From contig ADNK01002538.1 in NCBI GenBank assembly GCA_000320545.1, forward strand, positions 1 to 42,172: a stretch of 42,172 nt of DNA, read 5' to 3'. This document shows positions 11,109 through 25,149 of this stretch, piece by piece (within the stretch, counting starts at the first letter, position 1; each line of letters starts with the position of its first letter). Made by a program: the position numbers and the translations under genes. Source of the DNA: Bigelowiella natans CCMP2755 (lineage: Eukaryota; Protista; Cercozoa). Under the pieces are notes generated by a model that saw only the letters and a list, made by a program, of their open reading frames with translations, searched no databases and was not told where the DNA came from.

Positions 11109-12992
11109 CAGAAGAATGCTCTGTCATGTGTGAATAATATACAAAAAATAAGGTTAAGATTGATGTGGCCATCATACAATGTTTGGTACAGGAAATGATG
11201 ACAAAACGGTGATGATAAATAACTAGGCCATTTTGCAGATTTGAATAATTCTTTTCTCATCCACCAATGCTTTCTTTGGTACTCTCAAAATTCTTAGCTT
11301 TGGAAATCATCTTTAGAAATCATCTTTGTACCAAGACAATTGTCAACAAGATCCCCCCCCTTAGATGCATGTCCCCAAGAGGCCTCTCTCGGGTATTTCA
11401 GGTTTTAAGTTCGTACATGCGGTGAATGATATGATCCTTTTCCATACTACGACAACATTATTTGACATAAATTCATAAAATATGATTAGATTTTCATGGA
11501 ATTATTCCCTACGCACTGATGTGGAACAGCGGGCAAGGAATGAGTGAGTGTCCATGCTGTTTCATGTCGAGAACGAGAGAATTATTAGCTGTCGTTTGTT
11601 TCAAATGCCATCCATTTTCGTTCATCCTGCGACAACTTATTTTCCTCAATATTGTGACGTTGCCAAGTTGTCAAAATAATTGCACCCTCAACCCGCCCTC
11701 CCCATTTCGCCGCCGCCGGGATCTGTGTAGCTGGAAGAGTCAAGCGACGTAAATAACCGGAGTTTCGGGTACGTGCCAATCGAAGCCGAAATGGTGTCCT
11801 CCTTTGCTGCGATGTATGAATTGGGTATCCTTTTAGGAATGAATTAGATGAAAGCGGCCATGGTTCTTGTCCCGGAAATAAATTGCCCAAAAACCGCAGC
11901 GGCAATGTGGAATTTAACAATCTGTCCAGGAAGACTACTAAAAACCGTTTTTGACAAAATGCCGTTCTCTTGAACAAAACTGGACGCTTTTTTCATTTTG
12001 TCGAATTTCAAGCATTTGCGGTTTCAAATTACACGACATAAGCATGAAACACATGGGAGACAAGCACATCTTCGGCAGAAGAAGATCTCGTAGGAGGAAA
12101 CTCTGGAAACCCAGGAAACCCATGAAAATGCAGGTGGTTTATCCAAAACTAACTACAGTAATATTGAACAAAAATCGACGCCGTTTTTCCACCAGAGACA
12201 GAAAGCCGTTCTCGTCGCAGAAACCTAAACCTCGCTTTTTCCGTGAGCAAGTGCTGCACAGATATTTTCGCAGCGTTCATCCCAGTCTAGAGTCGATTGC
12301 ATTTTCTAAGACCTCGTGTCGAGATAAAACACAAGTATTTTTTGTCATTGCGACATCTACAAAATCCAAATATTCCCACTTTCCCAGGCACTCCAGCATC
12401 CCGATATATTTCCGGGTCAGAAAGATGTGCTGAGCACAGAGTCTCTTCGAGTCTTTGATGTTTCCCGCATGGTTTTCTTTCTTAGGCTACGACACCGCAA
12501 CGCCGTCGGCAAAACCGATCGACTGCCCTTTCACAGTCTACGACATGGTTTTAGAGAAATATTTGTGATAAATACACGGGAAAATTCGCAAAACAATTTC
12601 CCAAATAACTGATTAATTGCCTCGGGAACGAGACTACCCCTTGCTCAGACAACATTCGTCTCGAGCTTCCTTAGCAATTTGTTTGATTCATCCTTATAGG
12701 AAGGCCTACCCAGTGCGAGCAAATAGAGGTTCTGTGACAAAGCGTCCAGAACTAGCAAGTTTGAGTTGCTGGCCGCCCTCTCAGACGAAAGCGAGCTCCA
12801 TTTTTTCCAAATTTTGAACGACAGGCTTGTTATTCATCCAAACGCGGCTAGGAAGTTATCCCCTGGTGACTGAACTCCTCCCCAAGGCAGAATCTTTCAC
12901 CCAAAAACTCATCTAAGGTATTGTTGAATATTCCTTGCTGCCAACTTAATTTTTTGAAGAAGTAAGTTTATGGCGTTGCTCTGTTGCGAAAG

Positions 12993-13109
12993 ATGTCGGG
13001 AAGCAATCCGCCAAAGCACGTTCCCCCTCCCCTCTCATCACCTGCCGGTCGGAGGAAAAAGCCAAGTCCCTCCCCGCCTCCGCGGCCTCAAAGGTATAAT
13101 ATAAATATG

Positions 13110-13156
<47 letters not shown>

Positions 13157-13541
13157 GACGGATGCTGTTCCTCTCTTCTCGACTATGCCGTACTGTACTT
13201 ATCTTGATCCGTGCTCTTAACCTTTTTTATCACAGCGCTCATAAGAAGTTGGAGCTCTCTCGGAGAGGGGTACTTAAAAGAGTGTTATACGGTCTGAACA
13301 ATGATGAACCTAATGCCTTTAATCGTCAGCAAAAGTTCCTCGATAAAAGCAGCCATGCACGCCGCACTCTCTCGCCCTTACGGAGCAAGTCTCAATCTAG
13401 ACCGAGCAGCCCTCCCACCAGTGCATCATCTCCTAGAAACCTGAAGAGTAGTTCAAAGCGGCATTGTTTACCATAGAAAATGATAATTACGGCCAAACCA
13501 CTACAATGACATTATAATATAATGTATATATACATATATAT

Positions 13542-13593
<52 letters not shown>

Positions 13594-14306
13594 AAGATGC
13601 ACATTTATTCTGGGCTTGTGTGCGTGGAATCCTCTCCGAATAATGTGAATACGGCAGATCCGATTTTGACCACGAGAAGCACTTCCCGCTCATTAGACTC
13701 AAGGGACAACGCCACGAGAAAGAAGGCTCCTCCTTCAGCAGGGCAAACCAAGAACAACCCCCCCTCCTCCTCGCCCCACTCGTCTTCAACCCGGAACGAC
13801 TCGAAGCGAGTAAGTTAGCTTGGATGCACAGTACATGAATACATTCTATACCATATCACCTTGATACATCCAAACATCTGCCTTCCTTATTCGTGAGTTC
13901 TTGGAAGCTCCAAGTCGTTTTTTTTTCCAGCAGCAAAGTAGCGTGTAATGACCATCAAATCATATGTTTCCACCTGATCAGCAACGGCCAGTAGAGTCTA
14001 AATCGCTCCTAAAGGTAGTGACTTATACATTCGCGCACAGCTCAATTCCAACGGAGATATCAGCAGAATTAAGTCATCTATATACGTTACCATCTGCATT
14101 TCTCGTTCCCTCTCCCTTACTCTTTGTAGACAAGACGGGCAATAGTGAACGAGATTGTGCATACAGAGGATACATACGTCGCTTCATTACAGCTGCTCCT
14201 TACCGATGTAGTAGAGCTCTTGTGTTGATCAATAGAAATGAATGTGACTTACTGATATAACTGTATAACTATATTAAGATATACATAAATAATATATATA
14301 TATATA

Positions 14307-14344
<38 letters not shown>

Positions 14345-15085
14345 CTGCTTATGCCCATTGAAGCTAAATTCAAGACGAAATTGCAGAAGTCTACACAGGT
14401 CGTCGTTTTGCATAATCTGCATCATCATCATCAACTTCTTCTTCTTCATCATCATTTTCTCTCTCCCTTTCTACTACAACATATCAAAGCACATTGAAAA
14501 AAGAGAGAACACCCTGATGGCTGCATGGAAATGACGCTACGTCGCCCTTTCGTCATCACGAAATGATATAATACACATGACGCTGTTGATAATGATTGAA
14601 CTATAATCGGCGCGCTCAATCCTGAATAACACCTTGTTCCACGAATACCATTCTTTCTTCATCCCCTTCATCCTCCTCGTCGTGACAATCGCTATTGTGT
14701 TGTTATTAATGCCCACAGCTGACACTCGTATCGTCCATGGCCGCTCTGGAGACTCTCATAGTCCTCCACAAACGTCTCTACCAGGTGATGCGACGACGAG
14801 AAGAAAATAGATACATAACGGTTTTCGCAATGTTGCTTTGATGTGTTTTTCTGGTAAGCTTACGCATGCACGTACATGCGGGGGTGTTAGGATCTGAAAG
14901 CAAGAGCTGGTAGCATCTTGGCTACTGTCAAACGCGAGCGGAAGAACGCTGCAAGAGCAGCAGCACAACAACAGAAGAAACATCAAGGTATGGGCCTCGA
15001 TCATGAAATATTTCATCCTTCAAAGCATTCTTGCACGTTTCACTAGTCGCAATAAAGACATAAGCTCGATGATAAAAAACGCCAA

Positions 15086-15120
<35 letters not shown>

Positions 15121-15349
15121 ATATAAGACGGAGAAGCAAGAAGAAACGGAAGGGCAAGAAGCGGGTACATGTCAGCAACGAAATCATCGAATCAACGAGT
15201 TCGCTCAAAGTCACCGATGGTAATAGAGTAGGGTTGAGGGAAATGGGGTATAGAGGAGTGGGTGGGGGGTGGGGAGTACGATAGAGAAGATACATCTGGT
15301 TTTGCGTTGTATAAACCCATGGATGTTAAGATATATTGAAGGTTTCTAT

Positions 15350-15386
<37 letters not shown>

Positions 15387-16061
15387 GGGGGGGGGGGGGG
15401 GGGGTTTGCATGTTTGTGTGTGTGTCTTTTTCCAATTGCCGCCACCAGCGGACCACCTTTCCATCCGCACAAGCAATATGGTCCTGGGTAGCATCATGGT
15501 GGAGGCTTAAGTCAGGAAGCTTAGGACGTTCACGCTCAAAGTTTCAAGGAAATAACAGCAAGTCTCCCCCCCCCCCACGAAAGGCCGCCCCCCCCCCGCC
15601 CCCTAGTAAGAACGCGCCTCCTCCGCCAAACAAAACGAGCGGCGAGAGCGGGGAGAGCAAGAGCAAGGCTGCGGCTCCAAAGCTTCCCCAACGGATTAAG
15701 GCATTGAAAGAGTCTCTACAACTGCAGAAAAGGTGCTGCACGACAGTGTCTATTACTACCCTCACTTCCAGTTGATGGTGAAATATGCACGTGATTTGCT
15801 CATTGATTCATCGGTTTGGGTGAATGTGTTATGTACATTTCCAGAAACTCGCCTAAGCTTCCTCCCAAGCGCCGGACAACACCGCAAAACTCTCCCACCC
15901 GCACAAAGCAGCGAGAGCAAGCAGCTGCTACTAGTAGCTCTGCGGCAGGGGGGGAGGGGGGGGCAGGGAGAAGAGGTCAGAATGAGAATGTACACGGAGG
16001 AGGACGAGGACGAGGAGGAGGGGCGGAGAGAGATGTTAAAAATGATCAAGTTGATACTACA

Positions 16062-16093
<32 letters not shown>

Positions 16094-16751
16094 AACTGCT
16101 TGTTCTCCAGGTCGATTTAATGATAGCGATGTATAAGCTGATAGTGCATGGGGAGGGCTGATTAATAGACAAACACACATATGCACACACATGCGTGCAT
16201 GCATACGTCGCTGCGTATGATAGGGAACGATGTTCACTTACCTGACACCGCTGTTATGCTCGCACAGCAAGAGACAGAAGGGGCAGGTGCCATATCATCA
16301 TAATCATCATCATCCCCCTCATCATCCTTATCATCATCCTTATCATCATCCTCATCATCAACACCATCATCATCATCCTCCTTAGCATCATTATCACCAT
16401 CATCATCCTCATCGCCATCACCATCATTATCACCATCATCATCATCACCACTATCATCATCATCATCATCGCAATTCCAACTCGCTCAGTCATCCAGCTG
16501 TTTCACGAGTACGGAGCTCACTTCAAGATGTAAAAGGACATTCATGATGATATTCGATGAGAGTGTGCTCAACTGTGTGACTGTGCCTGTGCTATACACC
16601 CTACCCCCCCTCTTAGGTACTTCCAATATGTGCAAAACTACCCAAAGCTTGCACTTGACATCTCAACGTCGATAAAGAGAAGCAAAACGCTCAAAAGATT
16701 CATTACAGATGTACGTCATTCATTCCACCTTCAAGCTAATATGTCGTTATC

Positions 16752-16797
<46 letters not shown>

Positions 16798-17382
16798 ATA
16801 AATATAAATGAATAAATAATTAAATTCATCATATCATATACATAATTACTGGCAAATATGAGACAGAGCACCGAGTAATGTGTTGATGATCATCAGGCTT
16901 GCAAAAGAAACAAGCAGCATGGAATATTTAGCCTTCTCATACTACCCATTCAGAGAATTCCGAGGTGAAAAAGCACAAAGGAAAAAGAGAAAGACGAAGA
17001 TGAGGAGGATGGGAGGGGGGGAGGGGGAGGTACAAGGCACAAAAAATCGAATAGAATAAATGCATTTGAAAGTAGTATTCCTTTGTAATATTTGGTTATT
17101 AATATTGAGTGTGAGTGATTTATGAGTGTGTATTAACACACTACTTCATATTTCAAGGTACGTGCTGCTTCTGGAGAGCCTAGATAAATCAACACCACTG
17201 CTTCATTTGTAAGTTGTCATTTCTCTCCATCTCTCCCCCCCCCCCCCCATCTCTCTAAATCACTCTCAAAATCTGTACATATTATGATATTTAATAGCGA
17301 CCCACACAAATTCAGTCGTTAAATATCATGTATGTATACATCTTGTATACACAAATGACATGTGTGCTAATACGTGAGTGGG

Positions 17383-17427
<45 letters not shown>

Positions 17428-18082
17428 AAATCCACACCAGGCACTTACCAAGATTGGAACTTACCCTCGAAAAGCTTCGCTCCGTGACGAAGGTCAGAGA
17501 TATACGATATCACTAGCAGTGCTGATGATGCTGACTTTGAGAAGTGAAATGCTTCAACGAATCTTGCAAAACGAATACTCGCCAGGACGATGATGACACA
17601 TAAAGCACCCATTCGCATTCACGTAAACTGGTATTGAAAACAGGCCATTGATGAATGTCAGCGCCAAAGTGACAACTCGCTAAAGCTCTTTACTCTGCAG
17701 GTGATAGTGCATGTAGCAGCATGCAGTAGTAGAAGTAGAAGTAGAAGTAGAGGTAGTAGTAGAATCTATGATTGGGGCATTTGAGAGCATCTGATGAAAG
17801 GAAGATTGACTGATATTATTCAAGACTACATTGCTGGGAACTCCCTCGGAGCTTCAAATACTGACGCCCTCGAGAGAGTTTAAGAGGCAGGATGATGTGT
17901 TGTTTCTCAAGGTGTGCTGCTGCCTCTCAGGAATGATGCGAGCGTGCAATGTCAAACATCATTCTCTTTGTAGATTATGTAATGAACAATTGCCTCCATG
18001 CCTACAAGATCTAAGGACAGAACACATATGTGCTAATACGAATTGCACACACACACACACACAGAGAGAGAGAGATATATTA

Positions 18083-18122
<40 letters not shown>

Positions 18123-18796
18123 CAACACATGTTTAGACATATAATATGCATCGTATTTAACGTAATAGGCCGAAGAGCTTGGAGGAGAGATAGACGAGAC
18201 GAAATGGTCTCAGGTTAAACTCTGCTTCTATGCTAAAGAGGAGGAGTAGCACCGTCTTTGCTTTGTACCTCTTCCTTTCAAAATAATGATTATAATTCTG
18301 ACGGTGGAAAAAATTACCATATCAATCCTAAAATACCATCCCTCCCCCCTCACCTCCCCACACCGATAATAGGTATAGTTGATGGGCTTCTACACACATA
18401 ATTTATGTAACTATTAGGCCGCCTCGGTGAATCTGCTGCTTTTCAACGACCTTCTCCTCATCATCGATTCCGTGAAGAAATCAGGCCCTGAATATGTCAA
18501 GCATTTCTTCCTTCACGACATCACGATCTATGAGGGAAAAAACCAGGTACTGACAGCTAAGTGCATGTGCAAAATGCTTCATCATTGGGATACTGAGCAC
18601 TTAGCATTCCTACTCGAATCGGAGGGATAAGATAGACTTCGTCTGTCGTTTTTTGCAGTCTGTGTGGGATTTGTATACAGGGTCGCCAGAGCTGCTATAT
18701 GCTCGCGTGATGTTTGACACGGCAAAGCAACTTCGCAAATGGAGTGAGGTGGGTACCCGCTCGCACGTATTCATAGTTAATATATACTCTCACACT

Positions 18797-18830
<34 letters not shown>

Positions 18831-18831
18831 C

Positions 18832-18891
<60 letters not shown>

Positions 18892-20034
18892 TTGTGTGTG
18901 CGTATCGCGTTTGAAAATGCTTGCGTGAATAGCAGAGTCTGCAAGTCGGCCACAAACAACGCTCGCTCTGCACAACTGTTAATAGACTTTTGATTGCTTT
19001 GCTGCTAATGATCTCTCGTCGCAGACCACATTCCCCGCCATCAAATCGGCGAAGGAGAGCCAGATGCTACAGCACAACAAGAAATCGAGCCGTACTTTCC
19101 AAAAGGTGGCGGATAGATAGTATAATGATATGCAATATCTCGTTTCTTATAGTTTTACGCTATATACTCTTCATAGTGTGCAAATCGTTGATCATTAGAG
19201 CTTCGAGAAAAAGCAAATAGTTTAAATGCCACCCCTCCCTTCTACCCCCCCCCCGCGTCCTCCTCTTTCTGACTTTTAACCCATTCCTTAGAGCGACAGC
19301 ATCGTAGACCGAGTCAATGTTTATCTTCGCGTCAGGCCATTCATTACTAAAGATGAGAAGGAGGTTGGTGAAGCTCATTTTGTAGCGACATCAGAAAGAC
19401 GATGTGTTTCTTTAATAACAGTCAATTCATTGGAAGATGCTGCACTTTCCGCTTCCCCCCCCCCCCGCCCCCGCCCTCCTTCTCACTATAACATCAATAA
19501 TATCAGTAATATCCATTATAGGGTCAATGATGATTCGGTTGTTGTCTTATTGTTGCGGCAGATGGACGAGAAATGCTTGAGCTTAGAAGGTGATAATATG
19601 GCCGTTTTGCACCGTCCTTCAACGGGGGGAGGCCCTTCTGAGAGGGTAAAGCGCAAGTGGCCGTGCGTGTGTGCGTGCGTGTGCGTGTGCGTGTGCACAT
19701 GTATACGATATACGAAGTGAACGTTGTTATGTTTTCATTGAGCAGCATTCCCACGTTTTTGTTTGAGAATACATTTCTTTATTTGTATTTGTACACGCGT
19801 ATAAATAAGCCTCGTCCACTCTGACTTGCATTTCTTTGTGGCCTCTTCCAAGATAAGGGAGAGGGTCGCCATCTTCGATCGATGCTTCGATGAGAAGGCG
19901 ACGCAACGTGATGTGTTTAAGCGTGTTGGTGAAGAGGTAGGGTATTGTGCATTAGAGGCTGCAAGCAATATCAATTTTTGTTGTTGAAAATCACACTCAC
20001 ACACACACACACACACACATACACACACACACAC

Positions 20035-20086
<52 letters not shown>

Positions 20087-21553
20087 GGAGAGAGGGAGAG
20101 AGGGAGAAGGGGGGGGGGGGGGAGAAAAAGAGAGAGAAGTTTTTTTTTTTTTTTAAATACGATGATTATTCAATCCCTCACTTTTTCCCTCTCTCTCTCT
20201 CTCTTTCTCTCTCTCTTCTCTCAGGTTTTGGGATCTGTCTTTTGTGGTTACAACTGTGCAATAATCGCCTATGGGAACACAGGTCATTCTAACTTTTCCT
20301 ATGGCAAGATTTTTGGCCGAATGCCCTCAAACTTGAAATAAGAGCTGGTATACGATGGGCTTGTTCAATTACAAGTGTCTCATCATCAATAACACAAGTC
20401 GCAGCCCAACGAAGAGCTTATCGACCAATTCTGAGACGATGCTTTCCTTCATCTTTCTTCTGAAGAGTTGGTACGTCTATTAGGAAGTGGAAAGACCCAC
20501 ACGATAACAGGGGAGGGGGATGGCCACAACAAAGGCATCTTGCCCAGAATACTCGAGCAGTTGTTTCGAGTTTTGCAGAGAAAGAATTGGTACAAATCGA
20601 GAATCTGGGTAGTAATGATACTTCTATGATAACTAATAGCACTTATTCCATGGATTGAAACGACACCTCACAACAACAACAAGAACAGCAGCACCCATAA
20701 CAACAATAACAACATCAATATCAACAATATTTCCGCTGAATCTTAAGATAGCGATTAATTTGAGCATAGAGTTTACTCAAGCCACGGTCACTCGATCTCT
20801 GAATTGGATGTTTTTTTACGCTGCACGTGTGTGTGTGTGGGTGTGTGTGTGCGTGTGTTTGTTTTGTACTGCTCAGGTCTCATATGTGCAGATATACTGC
20901 AATAAGTTAAACGACTACACCAAACACCATCCCCTCCATACAGCATCTAAAAATCAATACGTGTTTGGGAAAAGATTGAATCAACCCTCACTACGCTCCC
21001 CCCCCCCCACCTTCCCCATTAGATGTCATTTGAAGTCGTAGCCATATGGCACTCGTTGTCATATCAAATCAAGCATGGTTTGATGTTTTTTTCACCCTTC
21101 ATGTTGTTTAATCATTCCTTTTCGTTCACAGATTGTACGATCTCCAAGGCACGCACAGGCACCTTCGTCAGCCTCTTAAAATTGTTAAAAAAAATCATTC
21201 CCACGAGGTACGATTCAGCTGCACCTAAGGCTAGAAGGGGGGGGAGGTAACAAGGGTCTATTGATGCGGTTTTATGTTTTTATACAACATTCCTGAAACG
21301 AAAATAAGGTTTGAAACGTGCTTTAAACAACTTTACATCTCCAAATAAGGTGTCAGGAATGGTCAAGACAGAGATTCGGTAGTTGTCTCTGAGCACTCTT
21401 ACTTTGTAGCAGAACTTAGGATGTTTACATTGCGCCATGTTAATGCTATGAGCGAGGCAGAGATGATGTTTGCAGATCTATGTATGTCGTTGTTGCTTCA
21501 ATAGCAGCATAACATGCACACGAGATAAGGGGGAGAAAAACGATGAGAATGCG

Positions 21554-21602
<49 letters not shown>

Positions 21603-22354
21603 AAAAAAAAGGGAGGGGACATATTCGCTTCGTATTCAGAAAGTGAGGAGGAGAAGGATTGACAATTCAAATCACAGCCATTCCGCATACTGATGCAGGC
21701 GTGTGCCTTAGTGTGCCTTTTCATTTCAATGAGTACATTGTGATAGCAAACGCCTGCTGTTTTCAATGTGTATTCAGATCGGCTTTAGAAGCGATGAAGA
21801 TCATTGATTCTGTGGGTTGATTTTGCTTCATTCAATGTATACTTTTTCTTAGAGACATGAACATTCGTAAGCCAGAGCTCACCGTTGTGAACAATCCTTT
21901 CATCCTAACCCCGCCATCCTTCCTCAGGGCAATTCCAAACGAATAACCCGCGCACATCGTATGAATGATGCATCCTCTCGTAGCCATTCTGGTAGGGTGA
22001 AGCACCTGCAGCTTCATCGTTAGAAGCAGTAGACGCATAGTAATAGAAAGGAGGATATATGCTACCTACTGCAACCCTCAATGGCGTGTGAGCCTGTGCA
22101 ATTTCCACCGTATCTATACATCTAACGTTTTTTGGTGATATGAGAGAAACTAGACACTCTTTCTTCGCTATTATTCGCATGTTTAAAAACACCCGCAAAT
22201 GTGTGGGAGGGTTTTGTCTCCGTCTTTCTCTCTTTCCTCCGATGATTCTTTTGCGTGTTGCTTTTTAGAGGTTCCTTCTAATTGTGGTTATGTTTGTTTG
22301 TTGTTGGTTGGTATCATCGTTGTTTGCCGGCATATATCGACGATACATCTCTTC

Positions 22355-22387
<33 letters not shown>

Positions 22388-22914
22388 CCTCGATTTTCCT
22401 ACAATATATCTCAAGTGTTCACGATCCACTGCCAGCTGCACAACGGTAGTAGACCACACTTATAGAATGACAATGATGATGATGATGATTATGATGATTA
22501 TGATGATAGAAGAGGAGAAAGGGTGATAGTAGTACGGCAGTAGTAGTTGTAGTAGTAGTAGTGGTGGTGGTGGTGGTAGTAGAGGTCTTAATAAGTTTTT
22601 TGGTGAAAGAATGTACTTGATTATGATAGGATAGTAAAATGGCCGAGTAATGATCGAGAAGCATTCTATAATGCAGGGCGATGTTTGATTTGTTGCTATT
22701 GTCCTTCTTCTTCTTCAGCATCTTGATTATCTTCATTACATTCTTCTTCTTCTTCTTCTTCTTCTCCTTCTTCTTCTACGTGTGCACGAAATAGGTCAAA
22801 AGGATGCAACGACGAAGACGATTTTGCAGCTCGTGGACCTCGCAGGGAGTGAGAATGTTAAGGTGGTGCTGCTTAAGATGCGGTGTTTGACACGATGCCA
22901 TAGTTGAAAACACT

Positions 22915-22954
<40 letters not shown>

Positions 22955-23290
22955 ACATAAGTTTTATCTTTCTACGCGTGCGTGTCTGTTTATTCTTTGG
23001 GAGAGAGGGGAGGGGGTCAATGCGCATTGTAGCTGGAGATCATTGAGCATGAACGATAAGAGGAGCCAATAGTGTTAGCGGATATATACGTGACATGGGC
23101 AAGTGCCAGGAGGGATATTGATGAAAGAGGCAAAGAGGTGATGATGTTCGTGTTGGAAGGAAACTGGTGTGGAAGGAGTCGCTCTTGCAGAATCAATGCA
23201 TATAAACAAGTCTCTCACATCACTAGGTGCTGCCTCCCCCCCTCCAAACAAGTTGTCTAAATGTGTACACGTGTGAGTATTGGTCGAGAG

Positions 23291-23327
<37 letters not shown>

Positions 23328-23578
23328 TGGGTGTGTGTGTGTGTGTGTGTGTGTGTGTACATATCGTATTCGTGCAATGATTGGAGCTTGTTACACTCAC
23401 ACACAAAACTCCTAAGAATATGTATTCTACATTCAAGAGCATTTTCATGCTATTAACAAACCACACGATTCATTAGGTCGTGCATTGCACGCGGTGCTGT
23501 CTAATGAGGGCAAATCCTCGCAAAAGAAACAAGTAGAGCGTCAATAGTCGAACACCAGCGATTGATTATCGATCTTAT

Positions 23579-23614
<36 letters not shown>

Positions 23615-24159
23615 GATGGACGATTGTAATGATAATGATGTTAAGGACAATGAGAATGATAGCTCATAATGCAAGATTCATTTGGGATCTTAGCTTTGAG
23701 TAATGTACCCCATACTGATGTAGGTTATAAGCTTCAGAGAGACGACTCTCACGCATATTCTAAGCGATGTTCTTAGCGGTGAATGAGTCACAACACAACA
23801 CATACAAACACGCACATGCACACACACATGCACACGATAAATCACATAAAGACACCGAAACACACACAGTAAACAAAAGAGCGACAGAGCAGCCGCTGGC
23901 TCGCTTCTGTTAATCAATATACTACTCACGATATAGTCAATGACTAATTTGAAGAATTGCGTGCTTCAATGCTGATGATCAGGAAACTTCGTTTGTTCAT
24001 TGATTTTAACCGCATCAGCGAGGTGAAGGACGATGAAATGCGTCACTGATTTACCAATCCGTTATCCGCCAATCATATCATTCTATATGCGGTGTTTGCA
24101 TCCACCGATTTACCAATCCTTGAATCATATTATTCTATATGCGGTCTTGCATACTCTCC

Positions 24160-24206
<47 letters not shown>

Positions 24207-24862
24207 GCTCTTTCTCTCTTTAAAACACACAAACACACACACAAACACACACACACACATATTTTTACATATATAAAAATATATATATATATATTTATTC
24301 ATATATTATATAAACACGCAATTGTTGTACAATTCCCTGGTACGCAGCCCTGCGCACAGACAGGCTGAACTGACGTCCAAAACGCTCGCTTTCGGAATGG
24401 GGTAGTATTCCACACCATAATGAAATAGTGCCACGGCATGCAGCATTCTGTTGGCGATGGATATGCTACTTCACATTTGTATACGAGTCGTTGGCTCGAG
24501 CATATGATGCGTATTGTTCTCGTAATTGGCCGTTTGCTGCATTGCATAGTAGGGTAGTGCGTTTTATTGTCATATCGGTGAGAGATACCACCATCTCTTT
24601 TTCGTCTTTTGCGCCAAAAAAAACCCTTACGTGAGACATATTGCTCAAACTGAACAACACGGATTGGGCCTGCTTTCCTGCAGCATGCCCTAGCCGGAAC
24701 GTACGGCTGTGAGCAGTTGTTTATTTTCAAGCCGCTTTTGCTTCTCAGTTGTTTCTTTTTCTTCACATTAAAGTAATAGTAAGATGTATCACTCTCAGAG
24801 CGAAACGAATCGATGTGCGTGCCAGTCCTAATAAAGCCGTTAAAGAAACGAAGCTCTCGTAA
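12993..24862 (+). CDS. RhoGEF (DH-PH) - kinesin motor fusion protein, >30 exons, motor at the C-terminus
   Basis: Pro/Ser-rich N-terminus (MSGSNPPKHVPPP). DH: TRRAIVNEIVHTEDTYVASLQLLLTD (from 14130), LETLIVLHKRLYQ|DLKAR, LFHEYGAHFKM|YFQYVQNY, LLILPIQRIPR|YVLLLESL. PH: ILTPSREFKRQDDV, VNLLLFNDLLLI, MFDTAKQLRKWSE. Kinesin: VNVYLRVRP (19292-19363), FDRCFDEKATQRDVF, GYNCAIIAYGNTG|SGKTHT, VSYVQIYCN, MNDASSRSHS, LVDLAGSE, INKSLTSLG, FRETTLTHIL, TLAFGMG|AKRI. The exact 3' end is uncertain. Confidence 0.88.
24048..24152. repeat. Imperfect intronic direct repeat, two copies of ~50 bp
   Basis: gatttaccaatcc...aatcatat(c/t)attctatatgcggt...ttgcat occurs twice in tandem. Confidence 0.7.
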
Positions 24863-25149
24863 TTGTGACATGAAGCATTTTAGATTCAATTCTTATTTGT
24901 TGTTGTTGTTGTTTAGTGTGTGTGTGTGGGTGTGTGTGCGCGCGTGCATAGATTCTTTGCTCGCAGCATATAATCGTTTATTGTGATACGTGTTTCTGCA
25001 ACTACACGATTCAAGGCACTTCCTTTCTGGAGTTTGGAGAACTGTCACGTGGGGATGATGATGATGATGATGATGAAATCAGTTTCATAGATGCCGTTGC
25101 GAGCAAGGAGAATCTTAGAGTTGTTGATACTGATGATGATTGCAGTTGT

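Noticed and set aside
24299-24889. 196-aa and 64-aa - strand ORFs
   Set aside because: They lie antisense over the last kinesin exons and intron. The + strand exon AKRIDVRASPN completes motor helix 6.
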